Virus record (IMG/VR): IMGVR_UViG_3300042197_002234 | Span: 1 to 64,000 of that record | Length of the DNA stretch: 64,000 nt | DNA from: a virus | Strand: one strand, 5' to 3' | Shown here: piece after piece, positions 28,442 through 38,251 of the stretch | How the letters are laid out: each line of letters opens with the position of its first letter | Numbering within the stretch: the stretch's first letter is position 1 | The notes under the pieces: generated by a model | Database searches by the model: none | The model's input: the letters and a program-made list of their open reading frames with translations, nothing else | What the model was told of the DNA's origin: nothing | Program-made: the position numbers and the translations under genes

Positions 28442-29689
28442 TTACAAATTACCTGTTATTCTATCACACCAACCTTTTGATTCTGAGTGAGGCCAAACAA
28501 CCCAATATTTTGGTTTATGTGTTGTTTGAAAATCTCTCCAAATTTTACAATAACCATCAGGGTCGGTCTTCATTCTTTTTATTTCATTTTTATCAGCGTC
28601 TTTCCTAAAGATAGTTTCGTCTTTATCGTCATGAAACGCAACCACCCAAAAATCATAGTCATCTTCAGGTACTTGTGAAAAACTTACATCTATACAGTGT
28701 TTGAATATTGATGCAAAACTATTTTCCCACACCTCTTCAGTTTCATATATTGTAGGATTGGGTGGGTAATGTTTGTCTAATGTGTATTGTTGAACGGCTC
28801 TTCTTGAAAACTTTAATCCCGCATAAATTTCATATTCTTTTAAAGTTCTAACAGAACCGAAACCATAAGGACCTTCATGACCTTCTTGAATTTCACCGTC
28901 CATACCAAATAATTTTCTGTTTGTTAAATGAGAGTGGTTATTTTTATTAACCCACTCTTTATCATCATCCCACTGTTTGGTTCTTCCTTTACGAGTATAT
29001 TCATGCCAAATCAAAACTTTATGTGGATGAAACAAATCATAACCCCAAGTGTAAGCACGTACCGCAATAGATATCTCCTCACCATGAAAATAGTATTCAG
29101 GGTTGTGTTGTACTTCTTTACTAAACTGACCTAATGTAAAACAAAAATGAGCAGAATAAAACCTGGCAGGGACAGGTTCTGTCATTTCTTGCCAACCAGG
29201 AATTGTTTCGGGTAAAAAGAAAACAGCCCCTTCGGGAATGAATCTATCAAAAGACATTCTCCAAGGTTCTCTAACTCTACCCTCGGGGTCGTTATCGGGG
29301 TCAAATGAAGAAACATATGCGGTTAATAAAGGTTTCTCAAAACCTTTTTCCTGTAATTGTTTAATCATTTTGATAAATTCAATATCCCACTCTTTTTCAA
29401 ATCGCATGTGGGAGTCTATTTGAAGGGTGTATTCTTCACCATCATATAGTTGTTGTACTTGATTTCTCGCCCAACAAACACCTTTTGATTCTGTGTATAA
29501 AACATCTAAGACTCTAAATCTATCATCATTTTTATATTTGTCTAAGTTGTCAAAACCATCTTCAGGATGATACTGACGACAAATACCAATACGTAAGTTC
29601 TTTGGAAACTTAGCGTATTTTAACATTGATTCAATTGTTGGAATAAGTTGCGGGTCCCTATACGAGGCTATTTGAACAAATATTTTCAT
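28442..29689 (-). CDS. GT60 / Gnt1-like (Skp1-type) polypeptide GlcNAc transferase
   Basis: IFVQIASYRDP, GVCWARN, LQIDSHMRF, FHGEE...RAYTWGYD. Confidence 0.85.
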   Translation of the reverse strand: MKIFVQIASYRDPQLIPTIESMLKYAKFPKNLRIGICRQYHPEDGFDNLDKYKNDDRFRVLDVLYTESKGVCWARNQVQQLYDGEEYTLQIDSHMRFEKEWDIEFIKMIKQLQEKGFEKPLLTAYVSSFDPDNDPEGRVREPWRMSFDRFIPEGAVFFLPETIPGWQEMTEPVPARFYSAHFCFTLGQFSKEVQHNPEYYFHGEEISIAVRAYTWGYDLFHPHKVLIWHEYTRKGRTKQWDDDKEWVNKNNHSHLTNRKLFGMDGEIQEGHEGPYGFGSVRTLKEYEIYAGLKFSRRAVQQYTLDKHYPPNPTIYETEEVWENSFASIFKHCIDVSFSQVPEDDYDFWVVAFHDDKDETIFRKDADKNEIKRMKTDPDGYCKIWRDFQTTHKPKYWVVWPHSESKGWCDRITGNL

Positions 29690-29818
29690 AGACTTTCTTT
29701 TTATTGAAAAATAGATAAAAAAATAAAAAAGTTAAGATTAATAAATCTTGTTTAAAACAAAAATATCCGAATAGATTGAGTTTAATGGACTACTAGAACT
29801 AAATTGGGCAGTAACATC

Positions 29819-30343
29819 TTAAGGTAAACCTGGTGTATTTGATGGTGTTGGGGTCGATGTTGGTGTTAATAAAGGTGGTGGACATGTATTACCGACACAA
29901 GGTAAACCAATACTAATTACTACTTCTGGGTCCGCACTTGGTAATTTACCACAATAATAAACCGACGTGCCTGAATATACCACAGAATACAATATGGTCC
30001 CATCGCATTGAGTTAAACTAAAGTTATAATCAGTCACACCTGTTAAATTATCAAATGTGATACAATTACAATCAACAACCATACTTGGTGTAGGAGTTGG
30101 GGTAAGTGTTGGTGTAGGTGTGGGTGTGACACAGGTATATAATTGAAAGTGTTCACATCCATAAGCATCAACAAGTTTTACTATTAGTTGTTGTATACCT
30201 GATAATGGTGATGGTACATTTACTGTGATAGGTAGTGATGATACTCCTGTAGCAACCAAATAACAATATGTTAATGTTATATCACATATTGTAATACTAA
30301 ATGGCGTTGTTCCAGTAAATGATGTAATTTCAATAGTATACAT
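29819..30343 (-). CDS. Cys-rich virion-type protein with TPTP tracts
   Basis: 174 aa. Its N-terminal domain is paralogous to 50840-51142; it carries two (TP)n tracts. Confidence 0.65.
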   Translation of the reverse strand: MYTIEITSFTGTTPFSITICDITLTYCYLVATGVSSLPITVNVPSPLSGIQQLIVKLVDAYGCEHFQLYTCVTPTPTPTLTPTPTPSMVVDCNCITFDNLTGVTDYNFSLTQCDGTILYSVVYSGTSVYYCGKLPSADPEVVISIGLPCVGNTCPPPLLTPTSTPTPSNTPGLP

Positions 30344-30435
30344 TCCTATAAATATAACACGATACCGTTTACCATAAATAGATAATTAGTTAAACTTGGT
30401 ATGTAATTTTTGTCTTTTTTATTTATTATTCATGT

Positions 30436-31377
30436 ATGAAAAAGGTTTGTTTAAATTTAAGTGAGTCTAACGCTATTGGCGATACCTTATGTTCAACACC
30501 TGTTTTAAGAAAATTGTATCAATCATACAATTCAAAAATCATTGTTGTTACAAAATATCCCGAATTATTTAAACACAATCCTTATGTTGAAAAAGTTTAC
30601 GAATCAAATTCAATTAATTTAGATTATATTAATGAAAATTTTATAACACATAATTCATTTTACGAAAACGGTCAAAAAAATAATCGTGGTGTTGAATATA
30701 AACATAACACAATTGATATTAGACAATATCACGCAATCAAACTTGGTTTCATGTTAACCAAAGATGAAATGGAATTAGATTATATTCCTGACGAATTTGA
30801 ACAAATTAAAAATCTACCCGAAAAATATATTTTAATTCATCCAGTTCAGAATTGGCCAAGTAGAACATGGTCAGCATCTAATTGGATGGAGCTAACTAAA
30901 AGATTAAATGATAACAATATTAATGTTGTATCAGTAGGTAAAGACTCAAGTGAAACAGGATTTTTTAATGTTAAAAAACCAATTTTCAACTTTAAAATTG
31001 ATAAAGGTTTTAATTTGATGAACAAAACTAGTTTAAGTCAAAGTTGGCATCTAATTCAAAAGTCTTCTTGTTTTGTCACTATGGATTCTGGTTTATTACA
31101 TTTAGCGGGAACTACAGATGCTAATATAATACAATTAGGTAGTTCAATAAATCCTGAATTTAGAGCACCATATAGAAATGGTGGACAAACATATAAATAC
31201 CACTACGTTGGTGGTACATGTCCTTTAATGTGTGCTTCTGATATGAAATATGGTGTTAAAGAATGGGGTGACATACAGGGAGTTCCACCATTGATTGGGT
31301 GTTTAGAAGGTAAAAAAACTTTTGAATGTCACCCGTCTGTAGATAAAGTTTTTGAAAAAATAATGGAAATTATATGA
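30436..31377 (+). CDS. GT9-like (heptosyltransferase-like) glycosyltransferase
   Basis: IGDTLCSTP, WSASNWMEL, FVTMDSGLLHLAG. Confidence 0.85.
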   Translation: MKKVCLNLSESNAIGDTLCSTPVLRKLYQSYNSKIIVVTKYPELFKHNPYVEKVYESNSINLDYINENFITHNSFYENGQKNNRGVEYKHNTIDIRQYHAIKLGFMLTKDEMELDYIPDEFEQIKNLPEKYILIHPVQNWPSRTWSASNWMELTKRLNDNNINVVSVGKDSSETGFFNVKKPIFNFKIDKGFNLMNKTSLSQSWHLIQKSSCFVTMDSGLLHLAGTTDANIIQLGSSINPEFRAPYRNGGQTYKYHYVGGTCPLMCASDMKYGVKEWGDIQGVPPLIGCLEGKKTFECHPSVDKVFEKIMEII

Positions 31378-32408
31378 AGATAGGTATTTTATTTTCTGCT
31401 TATAACTCTGAAAAATATATTGATGGGTGTTTAACGCCATGGTTTAATTTAAAAAATGAATTTGACATTGTTATTGGATGTAATAGTGGAATGTATTCCG
31501 ACTATGTTAATTTTGGTATAGAACCTAAAAACAAATCGACCTTAAAAAAATTGGTTGAGTATGATTTGGATTTTTTAATCTCCACAGGTCCTAAATCATT
31601 ATTAGATGAGAATTCTAGTAAAAATTCAGTACTACATGTTTTAAAGAATTCTTGCGATATCATATGGATTTTAGACTCTGATGAATTTTACACTGAAAAT
31701 GAAATTAGAAATATTATAACATATATACAAAGAACCCCTGAATATGATTGGTATACTGTTAATTTTAAAAATTTAACTTTAACCGATAGAATGTTTATGG
31801 ACGGATTTAATCGCCCTAGAATTTTTAGAACAGACAGAAATGGGGGTATTAATGAATTTTATTTTGATAATCATATCACATATAACGATGGTGAGACTTT
31901 TGAATCCAAACCTCACACATCAATACCAAGAACGGTTGCTTGGGTAGCTCATTACTCTTGGTTGAATGGGGATGTTAGGTCTAAAGAAAAAATAACATAT
32001 CAAAATAATAGATTTTTAAATGGTTGCTCTTTTGAGTGGGATAGCGAAAACAACAAGTTAAGATTTTCTAAAGATTTTTATAATAGAGTTAATTTAGATA
32101 TACCAATTTTACATGAAGAAATTGATATTTTTTCTGATGAGTTTACAATTGATTTTAAAAGAAGTGAAAATAAATTTTATGTACAAAACATAGTAAAACC
32201 ACAAACTTTAACATTTAAAATATATGATTGTATTACTGGTGGATTAATATATGAAACAACCATGGAATTAATTCCTCAATATAATTATTTCATTTATCCA
32301 TCACAAAATAACTTTGATAGTGATGAGAATTTTAAAAAATTTAGAGTTGAGGTCTTGAAAGAAAATCAAATAATACATAATGAATTTATACATTTAAAAT
32401 ATGAATAA
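31374..32408 (+). CDS. GT2-like glycosyltransferase
   Basis: SAYNSEKYI and WILDSDEFY (DxD). Confidence 0.75.
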   Translation: MKIGILFSAYNSEKYIDGCLTPWFNLKNEFDIVIGCNSGMYSDYVNFGIEPKNKSTLKKLVEYDLDFLISTGPKSLLDENSSKNSVLHVLKNSCDIIWILDSDEFYTENEIRNIITYIQRTPEYDWYTVNFKNLTLTDRMFMDGFNRPRIFRTDRNGGINEFYFDNHITYNDGETFESKPHTSIPRTVAWVAHYSWLNGDVRSKEKITYQNNRFLNGCSFEWDSENNKLRFSKDFYNRVNLDIPILHEEIDIFSDEFTIDFKRSENKFYVQNIVKPQTLTFKIYDCITGGLIYETTMELIPQYNYFIYPSQNNFDSDENFKKFRVEVLKENQIIHNEFIHLKYE

Positions 32409-33345
32409 TGTTTTTAAAATAGTTAATATAGAACCTGAAGGTAAAATACATTTTGTTTTTTCAGGGGATGAGTCGGAATGTGAAATATCCATAATAGATA
32501 AAAACACAGATTTAGTTGTTCACAAGACAAATATTTGGTTAACCCAAGATGTGACTTACTGGATTTCAACAGGTGAAAAAAATGCTAAAAGATTAAAAAA
32601 TGTGATTTTTAGAGTTAATTACAACGGTAAAAATTATGATGAGGAATTAAATTTTTCTGGTGAGAATAGATTTTTAGTTATTAATTCTGAACAAATAAAA
32701 CTTAACAATTGTGGTGATGATTTATTTCCAATAGTGTGTGAAATATTTTACGATAAAGTTTATGAAAGAGATTTTGTAAAAGTAGGAATTGATGATATAG
32801 TTGTTGATATTGGGGCTAACTATGGAGTTTTTTCATTGTACACTCAAATGTTCAAACCAAAAAAAGTATATTCTGTAGAACCTGTTAGAACCACCTTTAA
32901 ACAAATGAAAAAAAATTTAGACAAATATGGTGTTGTATGTATCAACAAATCAATAAGTTCAGAAAACGGTTATGAGTCTTTTGCTATTACCGATGTTAAT
33001 GGTAATAACTACGCATTGAAAAATATTGATGGGTATCACCCATCGTCTATAAAAAACCAAGAAATTGTTGAGACAACCACAATAAACCAATTAATATCTG
33101 ATTATGATATACCTCACATAAATTTCTTAAAAGTAGATTGTGAAGGTGGTGAGTATGATTTATTTACAACAATAGATAAAGAATATTTAAAAAATAAAAT
33201 ACAGAAAACCGCAATAGAATACCACTCAAGTAATATTAAAGATACTGTGGTTTCAACACTTTTGGAAAACGGGTTTGTTGTTGAAGATATCATAGGTGAA
33301 CCTGAAATAGGATTAATATACGCATACAACAAAAACTTTAATTAA
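32401..33345 (+). CDS. FkbM-family methyltransferase
   Basis: VVDIGANYG, YSVEP, FLKVDCEGGE. Confidence 0.9.
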   Translation: MNNVFKIVNIEPEGKIHFVFSGDESECEISIIDKNTDLVVHKTNIWLTQDVTYWISTGEKNAKRLKNVIFRVNYNGKNYDEELNFSGENRFLVINSEQIKLNNCGDDLFPIVCEIFYDKVYERDFVKVGIDDIVVDIGANYGVFSLYTQMFKPKKVYSVEPVRTTFKQMKKNLDKYGVVCINKSISSENGYESFAITDVNGNNYALKNIDGYHPSSIKNQEIVETTTINQLISDYDIPHINFLKVDCEGGEYDLFTTIDKEYLKNKIQKTAIEYHSSNIKDTVVSTLLENGFVVEDIIGEPEIGLIYAYNKNFN

Positions 33346-33346
33346 T

Positions 33347-36031
33347 ATGGTAAAGAAAAAACTTTTAGTTGTTACGCCTCACTTAAGTACTGGTGGTGCC
33401 CCTCAAGTTACTTTAAATAAAATAAAATTGTTGATAAATGATTATGAAATTAAGTGTGTTGAGCACGATTTTGTTGCGTGGAGTTTTGTTGTGCAAAGAA
33501 ACCAAATTCAAGAAATGTTGGGTGAAAATTTTATTTCATTAGGTCAAGATAAGTCTCAACTATTATCAATTATTGATGAGTTTAAACCTGATGTAATTTA
33601 TATGGAGGAGTTTCCTGAATTTTTTATGCCAGACGATGTTACAAAAATAATATATTCAAAAGATAGAAAATATACTATTTTAGAAACAACACATGACTCC
33701 AGTTTTCCTGTAAACTCAAAAAGGTGGTTTCCTGATAAATTTATTTTTGTAAGTGCGTTTAATGGTTTTAGATATTCGGTCTATGATGTACCATATGAAA
33801 TTGTTGAGTATCCTGTAGATTATAAAGAAAAAAATAAAACAGAAAATCAAAACTTATTGAATTTTGACCCGTCATATAAACATGTGTTAAATGTTGGTCT
33901 GTTTACGAGGAGAAAAAATCAAAGTTATATTTTTGAAATTGCAAAACTATTAAAAAACTATAAAATAAAATTTCACTTTTTAGGTAATCAAGCCGATAAC
34001 TTTAAAGATTATTGGGAACCTTTAATTAATGACAAACCTGAAAATTGTGTAGTATGGGGAGAAAGAAAAGACGTTCAAAGTTTTATTGAGGCATCAGATT
34101 TATTCTTTTTTGCGTCAAAGGGGGACAGACATAATAAAGAATTAAACCCTATAGCATTAAAAGAGGCTTTAGAATATAAAATACCTATGATGATGCACAA
34201 TTTAGATGTGTATTGTGGTAAGTATAACAATTACGATAATATAACATTTTTAACTGGTGATGTGAACAAAGATAGTCAAAAATTATTGGAACTATTAAAA
34301 CCATATAAAGAAAATTATGAAAACGAGTTGGTCATGATTGGTACTTATCCTAACACCAAATCAAGAGAAAAACTAACTTTAGATTGTATTGATTCTGTTA
34401 AAAAATTAGGTAGAAAAGTTATGTTAGTGTCTCACTACACTGTTTCATCCGAAATTCAAGAAAAGGTCGATTACTATGTGTATGACAAATATAATCCAAC
34501 AACTGAACATTCATACTATACAAGATTTTATAATTACAAACATGATTTTGATGTCGAAATAAATATTAATGGTTTAAAAAATACAAACCAATCTTTACCC
34601 GTACTAACAAATTTAATTAATGGTTTTAGAGCCGCAAAAGATTTAAACTTTGAAAAAGTATTTTACATAACTTACGATGTTATTTTAAACCCTAACGACA
34701 TTGAACACGTTAACAATTCATTTATTGAGGTTGATAGTCACAACGCATATCTATGTACATTACCAACCCCTTTTGGATATGGTATTGAAACTACCGCAAT
34801 GACTTTTAAAACTGATTATTTCTTGCAAAAATTAGAACATATTAGAACACCTAATGATTATAAATTATCAGTTAATAAATTTAATTGTCATAACTTTTTA
34901 GAGGATTTTTTTTGGAATGTATTTTCAAATGAGAATAATGTTAAAATTATCACAAATGAACAAAGCACATTTTTGATAAATTCAGGTAAAGGAGTTTCAT
35001 CTAATTCAGAATATTACTCTATCGTACCAATTAAAAATACAACAGATAAATGGGTGTTTTATTTTTATACCTATAATATTGATAATAGATGTGTTAATGT
35101 TGAGGTTATTGAAAATGGTGATATTTCTTTTTCTAAAAAATTTAAGATTTCAGAACAAAGGGAGTTTTTAAAAGAATTAAAATATAATGGAAATCAGATA
35201 GAAATTACATTAACTTTTTATGAAGATAATATTGTTTATAAAACAGAAAAATATGTTTTAAATAATCAAACAATAACCCAACATAAAAATAACGGATGGT
35301 TTAAATATAAAAAACTACCAAATATTAAATTAGTTCATATACAGACAACTAATAACGATGAGAGAGAACAACTCTCAAGACAATCACTACAACAAGTTAT
35401 TCCACACGGAATTAAATATACTTTACATACTAATGAATTATATAAATCACTTCCACCATCACATAATTGTGTGAGACCTCAATGCGTTTCAATGGAGTTA
35501 TTTGATGAAGAACAGGTTAAACAATTTGGTACCGCTCTAACACCCGCTCACTACGGTTGTTATGAATCTTTTAAAAATGCGATACTGTCTGAATTTGATG
35601 ACGATTTAGATTTTCTAATAGTTTGCGAAGGTGATTGTATTATTGAAGTACCAATTGATGATTTTATTCAAAAATTAAATCAGTCATGTGAAATAATTAG
35701 CCAAGCAAATATTGAGTATTTTTCTTTTGGTGATACTAAAACTTTAGATTTTGGTTGGCATCAGTCAAATGTTATTGAGGATATCCCAAATCAAGATTTA
35801 TTATTTATTACCGATAAAATAATTGGGTTACAGTGTATTATGTTTCCTCGTAAAACTAAAGAATTTTTACATCAACAATTAAGAACTCATAAGTGGGATT
35901 GTGCCGACACTTATTTTAATATGATTTTTGCTGAATATGGTTTAAAAATGGGTATACTAAAAAATAGAATAACTACACAGGCTGACGGTGTATCGTTAAT
36001 AGATAAAGAATATAAAACATTTATAAAATAA
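33347..36031 (+). CDS. Three-domain glycosyltransferase (GT4 + unknown GT-A-like + GT25-like)
   Basis: PHLSTGGAPQV, VGLFTRRKNQ and KEALEY (GT4); a middle domain paralogous to 36031-37011; HYGCYES...VCEGD (GT25-like). Confidence 0.8.
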   Translation: MVKKKLLVVTPHLSTGGAPQVTLNKIKLLINDYEIKCVEHDFVAWSFVVQRNQIQEMLGENFISLGQDKSQLLSIIDEFKPDVIYMEEFPEFFMPDDVTKIIYSKDRKYTILETTHDSSFPVNSKRWFPDKFIFVSAFNGFRYSVYDVPYEIVEYPVDYKEKNKTENQNLLNFDPSYKHVLNVGLFTRRKNQSYIFEIAKLLKNYKIKFHFLGNQADNFKDYWEPLINDKPENCVVWGERKDVQSFIEASDLFFFASKGDRHNKELNPIALKEALEYKIPMMMHNLDVYCGKYNNYDNITFLTGDVNKDSQKLLELLKPYKENYENELVMIGTYPNTKSREKLTLDCIDSVKKLGRKVMLVSHYTVSSEIQEKVDYYVYDKYNPTTEHSYYTRFYNYKHDFDVEININGLKNTNQSLPVLTNLINGFRAAKDLNFEKVFYITYDVILNPNDIEHVNNSFIEVDSHNAYLCTLPTPFGYGIETTAMTFKTDYFLQKLEHIRTPNDYKLSVNKFNCHNFLEDFFWNVFSNENNVKIITNEQSTFLINSGKGVSSNSEYYSIVPIKNTTDKWVFYFYTYNIDNRCVNVEVIENGDISFSKKFKISEQREFLKELKYNGNQIEITLTFYEDNIVYKTEKYVLNNQTITQHKNNGWFKYKKLPNIKLVHIQTTNNDEREQLSRQSLQQVIPHGIKYTLHTNELYKSLPPSHNCVRPQCVSMELFDEEQVKQFGTALTPAHYGCYESFKNAILSEFDDDLDFLIVCEGDCIIEVPIDDFIQKLNQSCEIISQANIEYFSFGDTKTLDFGWHQSNVIEDIPNQDLLFITDKIIGLQCIMFPRKTKEFLHQQLRTHKWDCADTYFNMIFAEYGLKMGILKNRITTQADGVSLIDKEYKTFIK

Positions 36032-37011
36032 TGAAAAAATTAATTGTTATTGGGGCTTACCCAAATACACCAAAAAAGAAAGAAGTTTTAGTTGATGAAA
36101 TAAAATCGTTAAAATCTTTAGATTTTGATTTTATGTTGGTCACACATTATCCTACTCCTGTATATATACAGGAAATGTTTGATTACTACATTTATGATAA
36201 AAATCAAACTTTAACACCATTAGATAAAACAACATATTTTTGGTTTAATAGTGGTTCTTTTCTTGTTAGAATAAATAACTCAAGGCACGCTTTACCTATA
36301 AGTCAAAGTATGTTTAACGCTTTTAAATTTTCTGAAATAAAAAACTATGATTTTGTTTATTTTATTGAAAACGATAATTGGTTTTCAGAGAATGATTCTA
36401 AAAAACTTTCTGATTTGGTTACCACTATGTTTGAAAATAACAAAAAATGTATTTTTTTTAAACCTGAAAGTTATAGAGACAATGGTTCTTACGTTTACGA
36501 AACTCAGTTATTTGGAATAACCCCAAAATATTTTAATCAAGTTTTTAATTTACCTATAACAGAAGAAGAGTACTTTTCACATCCAACATATCCCGTTAGT
36601 TTAGAGTTAGGTTTTTATCAAAAACTTTCTGAGTTTGAAGATGATTTTTTAATAATAAATGAACACTCCTATCAATATTTTAATGAAAGTAAAATTAATA
36701 TTTTTAGGGTTGAAAATTTATTAATAGATTTAGTTTATAATAGTAAAAATCCTGCTCAACCTGTTTTGTTTTGTTATGGTAATAGAGTTTTTGACGACTT
36801 ATATAGAGTAATTGTAAGGTTAAATAACATTATAATTAATGATAGAAATTTACATTCAAACAATTGGTTTTATCAAACATTTGATTTGGATGGTAGTAAT
36901 TTGGTTTTTGAAATTTATAACAATGATGTACTACAAGAAAAAAAATCTTATACTTTAGATGAACACTTAATAGATAATTTAAAAGATAAAGGTATAATAG
37001 ATTTTAATTAA
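36031..37011 (+). CDS. Hypothetical glycosylation protein, paralog of the middle domain of the upstream GT
   Basis: LIVIGAYPNT...MLVTHY aligns with LVMIGTYPNT...MLVSHY. Confidence 0.65.
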   Translation: MKKLIVIGAYPNTPKKKEVLVDEIKSLKSLDFDFMLVTHYPTPVYIQEMFDYYIYDKNQTLTPLDKTTYFWFNSGSFLVRINNSRHALPISQSMFNAFKFSEIKNYDFVYFIENDNWFSENDSKKLSDLVTTMFENNKKCIFFKPESYRDNGSYVYETQLFGITPKYFNQVFNLPITEEEYFSHPTYPVSLELGFYQKLSEFEDDFLIINEHSYQYFNESKINIFRVENLLIDLVYNSKNPAQPVLFCYGNRVFDDLYRVIVRLNNIIINDRNLHSNNWFYQTFDLDGSNLVFEIYNNDVLQEKKSYTLDEHLIDNLKDKGIIDFN

Positions 37012-37012
37012 T

Positions 37013-37558
37013 ATGGCACACAACCAACAACAAAATTTTTACGGTAGGGTTAAAAATAAATTTCCAAAATATTTTAGAGATGTTAAAGTACTTGATATAG
37101 GTTCTTTAGACATAAATGGTAATACAAAACATTTTTTTTCACATCCACTATATTATGTCGGTGTGGACCTTTCAGAAGGTAATAACGTAAATGTGGTTTG
37201 TCCTGGTCACCTTTATGATTCAGGATTCCAATTTGATGTTGTAATGTCTTCTGAGTGTTTTGAACATGATATGTATTACCCAAGGACAATATCAAATATG
37301 ATTAAACTATTAAAACCAAATGGATTAATGATATTTACTTGCGCATCTACAGGAAGACCTGAACATGGTACATTAAGGTCAAATCCTACCGACGCACCAT
37401 TTTTACAAAATATTGATGAAAAATGGGCGAATTATTATAAAAATTTAACAGAGGATGACATTAGAGCAATTATAAATGTTGAAGACATTTTCAGTGATTA
37501 CGGTTTTGAATATGAACCATCTTCATGTGATTTATATTTTTGGGGAATTAAAAAATAA
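37013..37558 (+). CDS. Class I SAM methyltransferase
   Basis: VLDIGSLDING, YVGVD, FDVVMSSECFEH, LKPNG. Confidence 0.9.
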   Translation: MAHNQQQNFYGRVKNKFPKYFRDVKVLDIGSLDINGNTKHFFSHPLYYVGVDLSEGNNVNVVCPGHLYDSGFQFDVVMSSECFEHDMYYPRTISNMIKLLKPNGLMIFTCASTGRPEHGTLRSNPTDAPFLQNIDEKWANYYKNLTEDDIRAIINVEDIFSDYGFEYEPSSCDLYFWGIKK

Positions 37559-37564
37559 TAATTA

Positions 37565-38251
37565 ATGAATGTTGATGTAATTTGTTTAACTAACACATAC
37601 GATTACAGTATGTTTGAAGTAACAAAAAGAGTTATTAAGTCATTACATTTGTCTGAAAAAAATATTAAGTTTAATATTATTCTATTAGAAAGCAATAAAA
37701 ACAATCCATATGTATATACGGATGTTGATTTTTATATAAAACCTGAAGAAGATTTTAATTATAACAAATATTTAAATATCGCAAATAAATACCTAACATC
37801 AGATTGGGTTTTGATTACAAATAATGATGTAATCTATCAAAGAAATTGGTTTTCAAAAATATTAGAGATATATAATAAACGACCTGATATAGAATCTTTC
37901 TCACCTAAAGAAGTACTTTTTTATTCAACAATATACGGAGACCATTTTGATTCTGACGATGAATATTGGGAAAATTATAAAGTAACCGAAGGTCTTTTAG
38001 GATGGTCTTTATTAATGAAAAAAAAAGTTTGGGATGAGGTTTATCCGTGGGACGAACAATTCGATTTTTTTTATCAAGATAATGATTATGCAAAAATAAT
38101 AGAATCAAAAGGTATTAAACACGCAATAGTTAGAGATTCATTGACTTTACATATAGGTAATTTAAATTTCTTTAAAGATGTTGTTGACCACGAAAGAAAT
38201 ACAAAAATGAAAGAAGGGTATAATAAATTTTTAAATAAATGGGGTAATTAA
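37565..38251 (+). CDS. GT2-family glycosyltransferase
   Basis: FNYNKYLN, ITNNDV, WDEQFDFFYQDND. Confidence 0.8.
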   Translation: MNVDVICLTNTYDYSMFEVTKRVIKSLHLSEKNIKFNIILLESNKNNPYVYTDVDFYIKPEEDFNYNKYLNIANKYLTSDWVLITNNDVIYQRNWFSKILEIYNKRPDIESFSPKEVLFYSTIYGDHFDSDDEYWENYKVTEGLLGWSLLMKKKVWDEVYPWDEQFDFFYQDNDYAKIIESKGIKHAIVRDSLTLHIGNLNFFKDVVDHERNTKMKEGYNKFLNKWGN

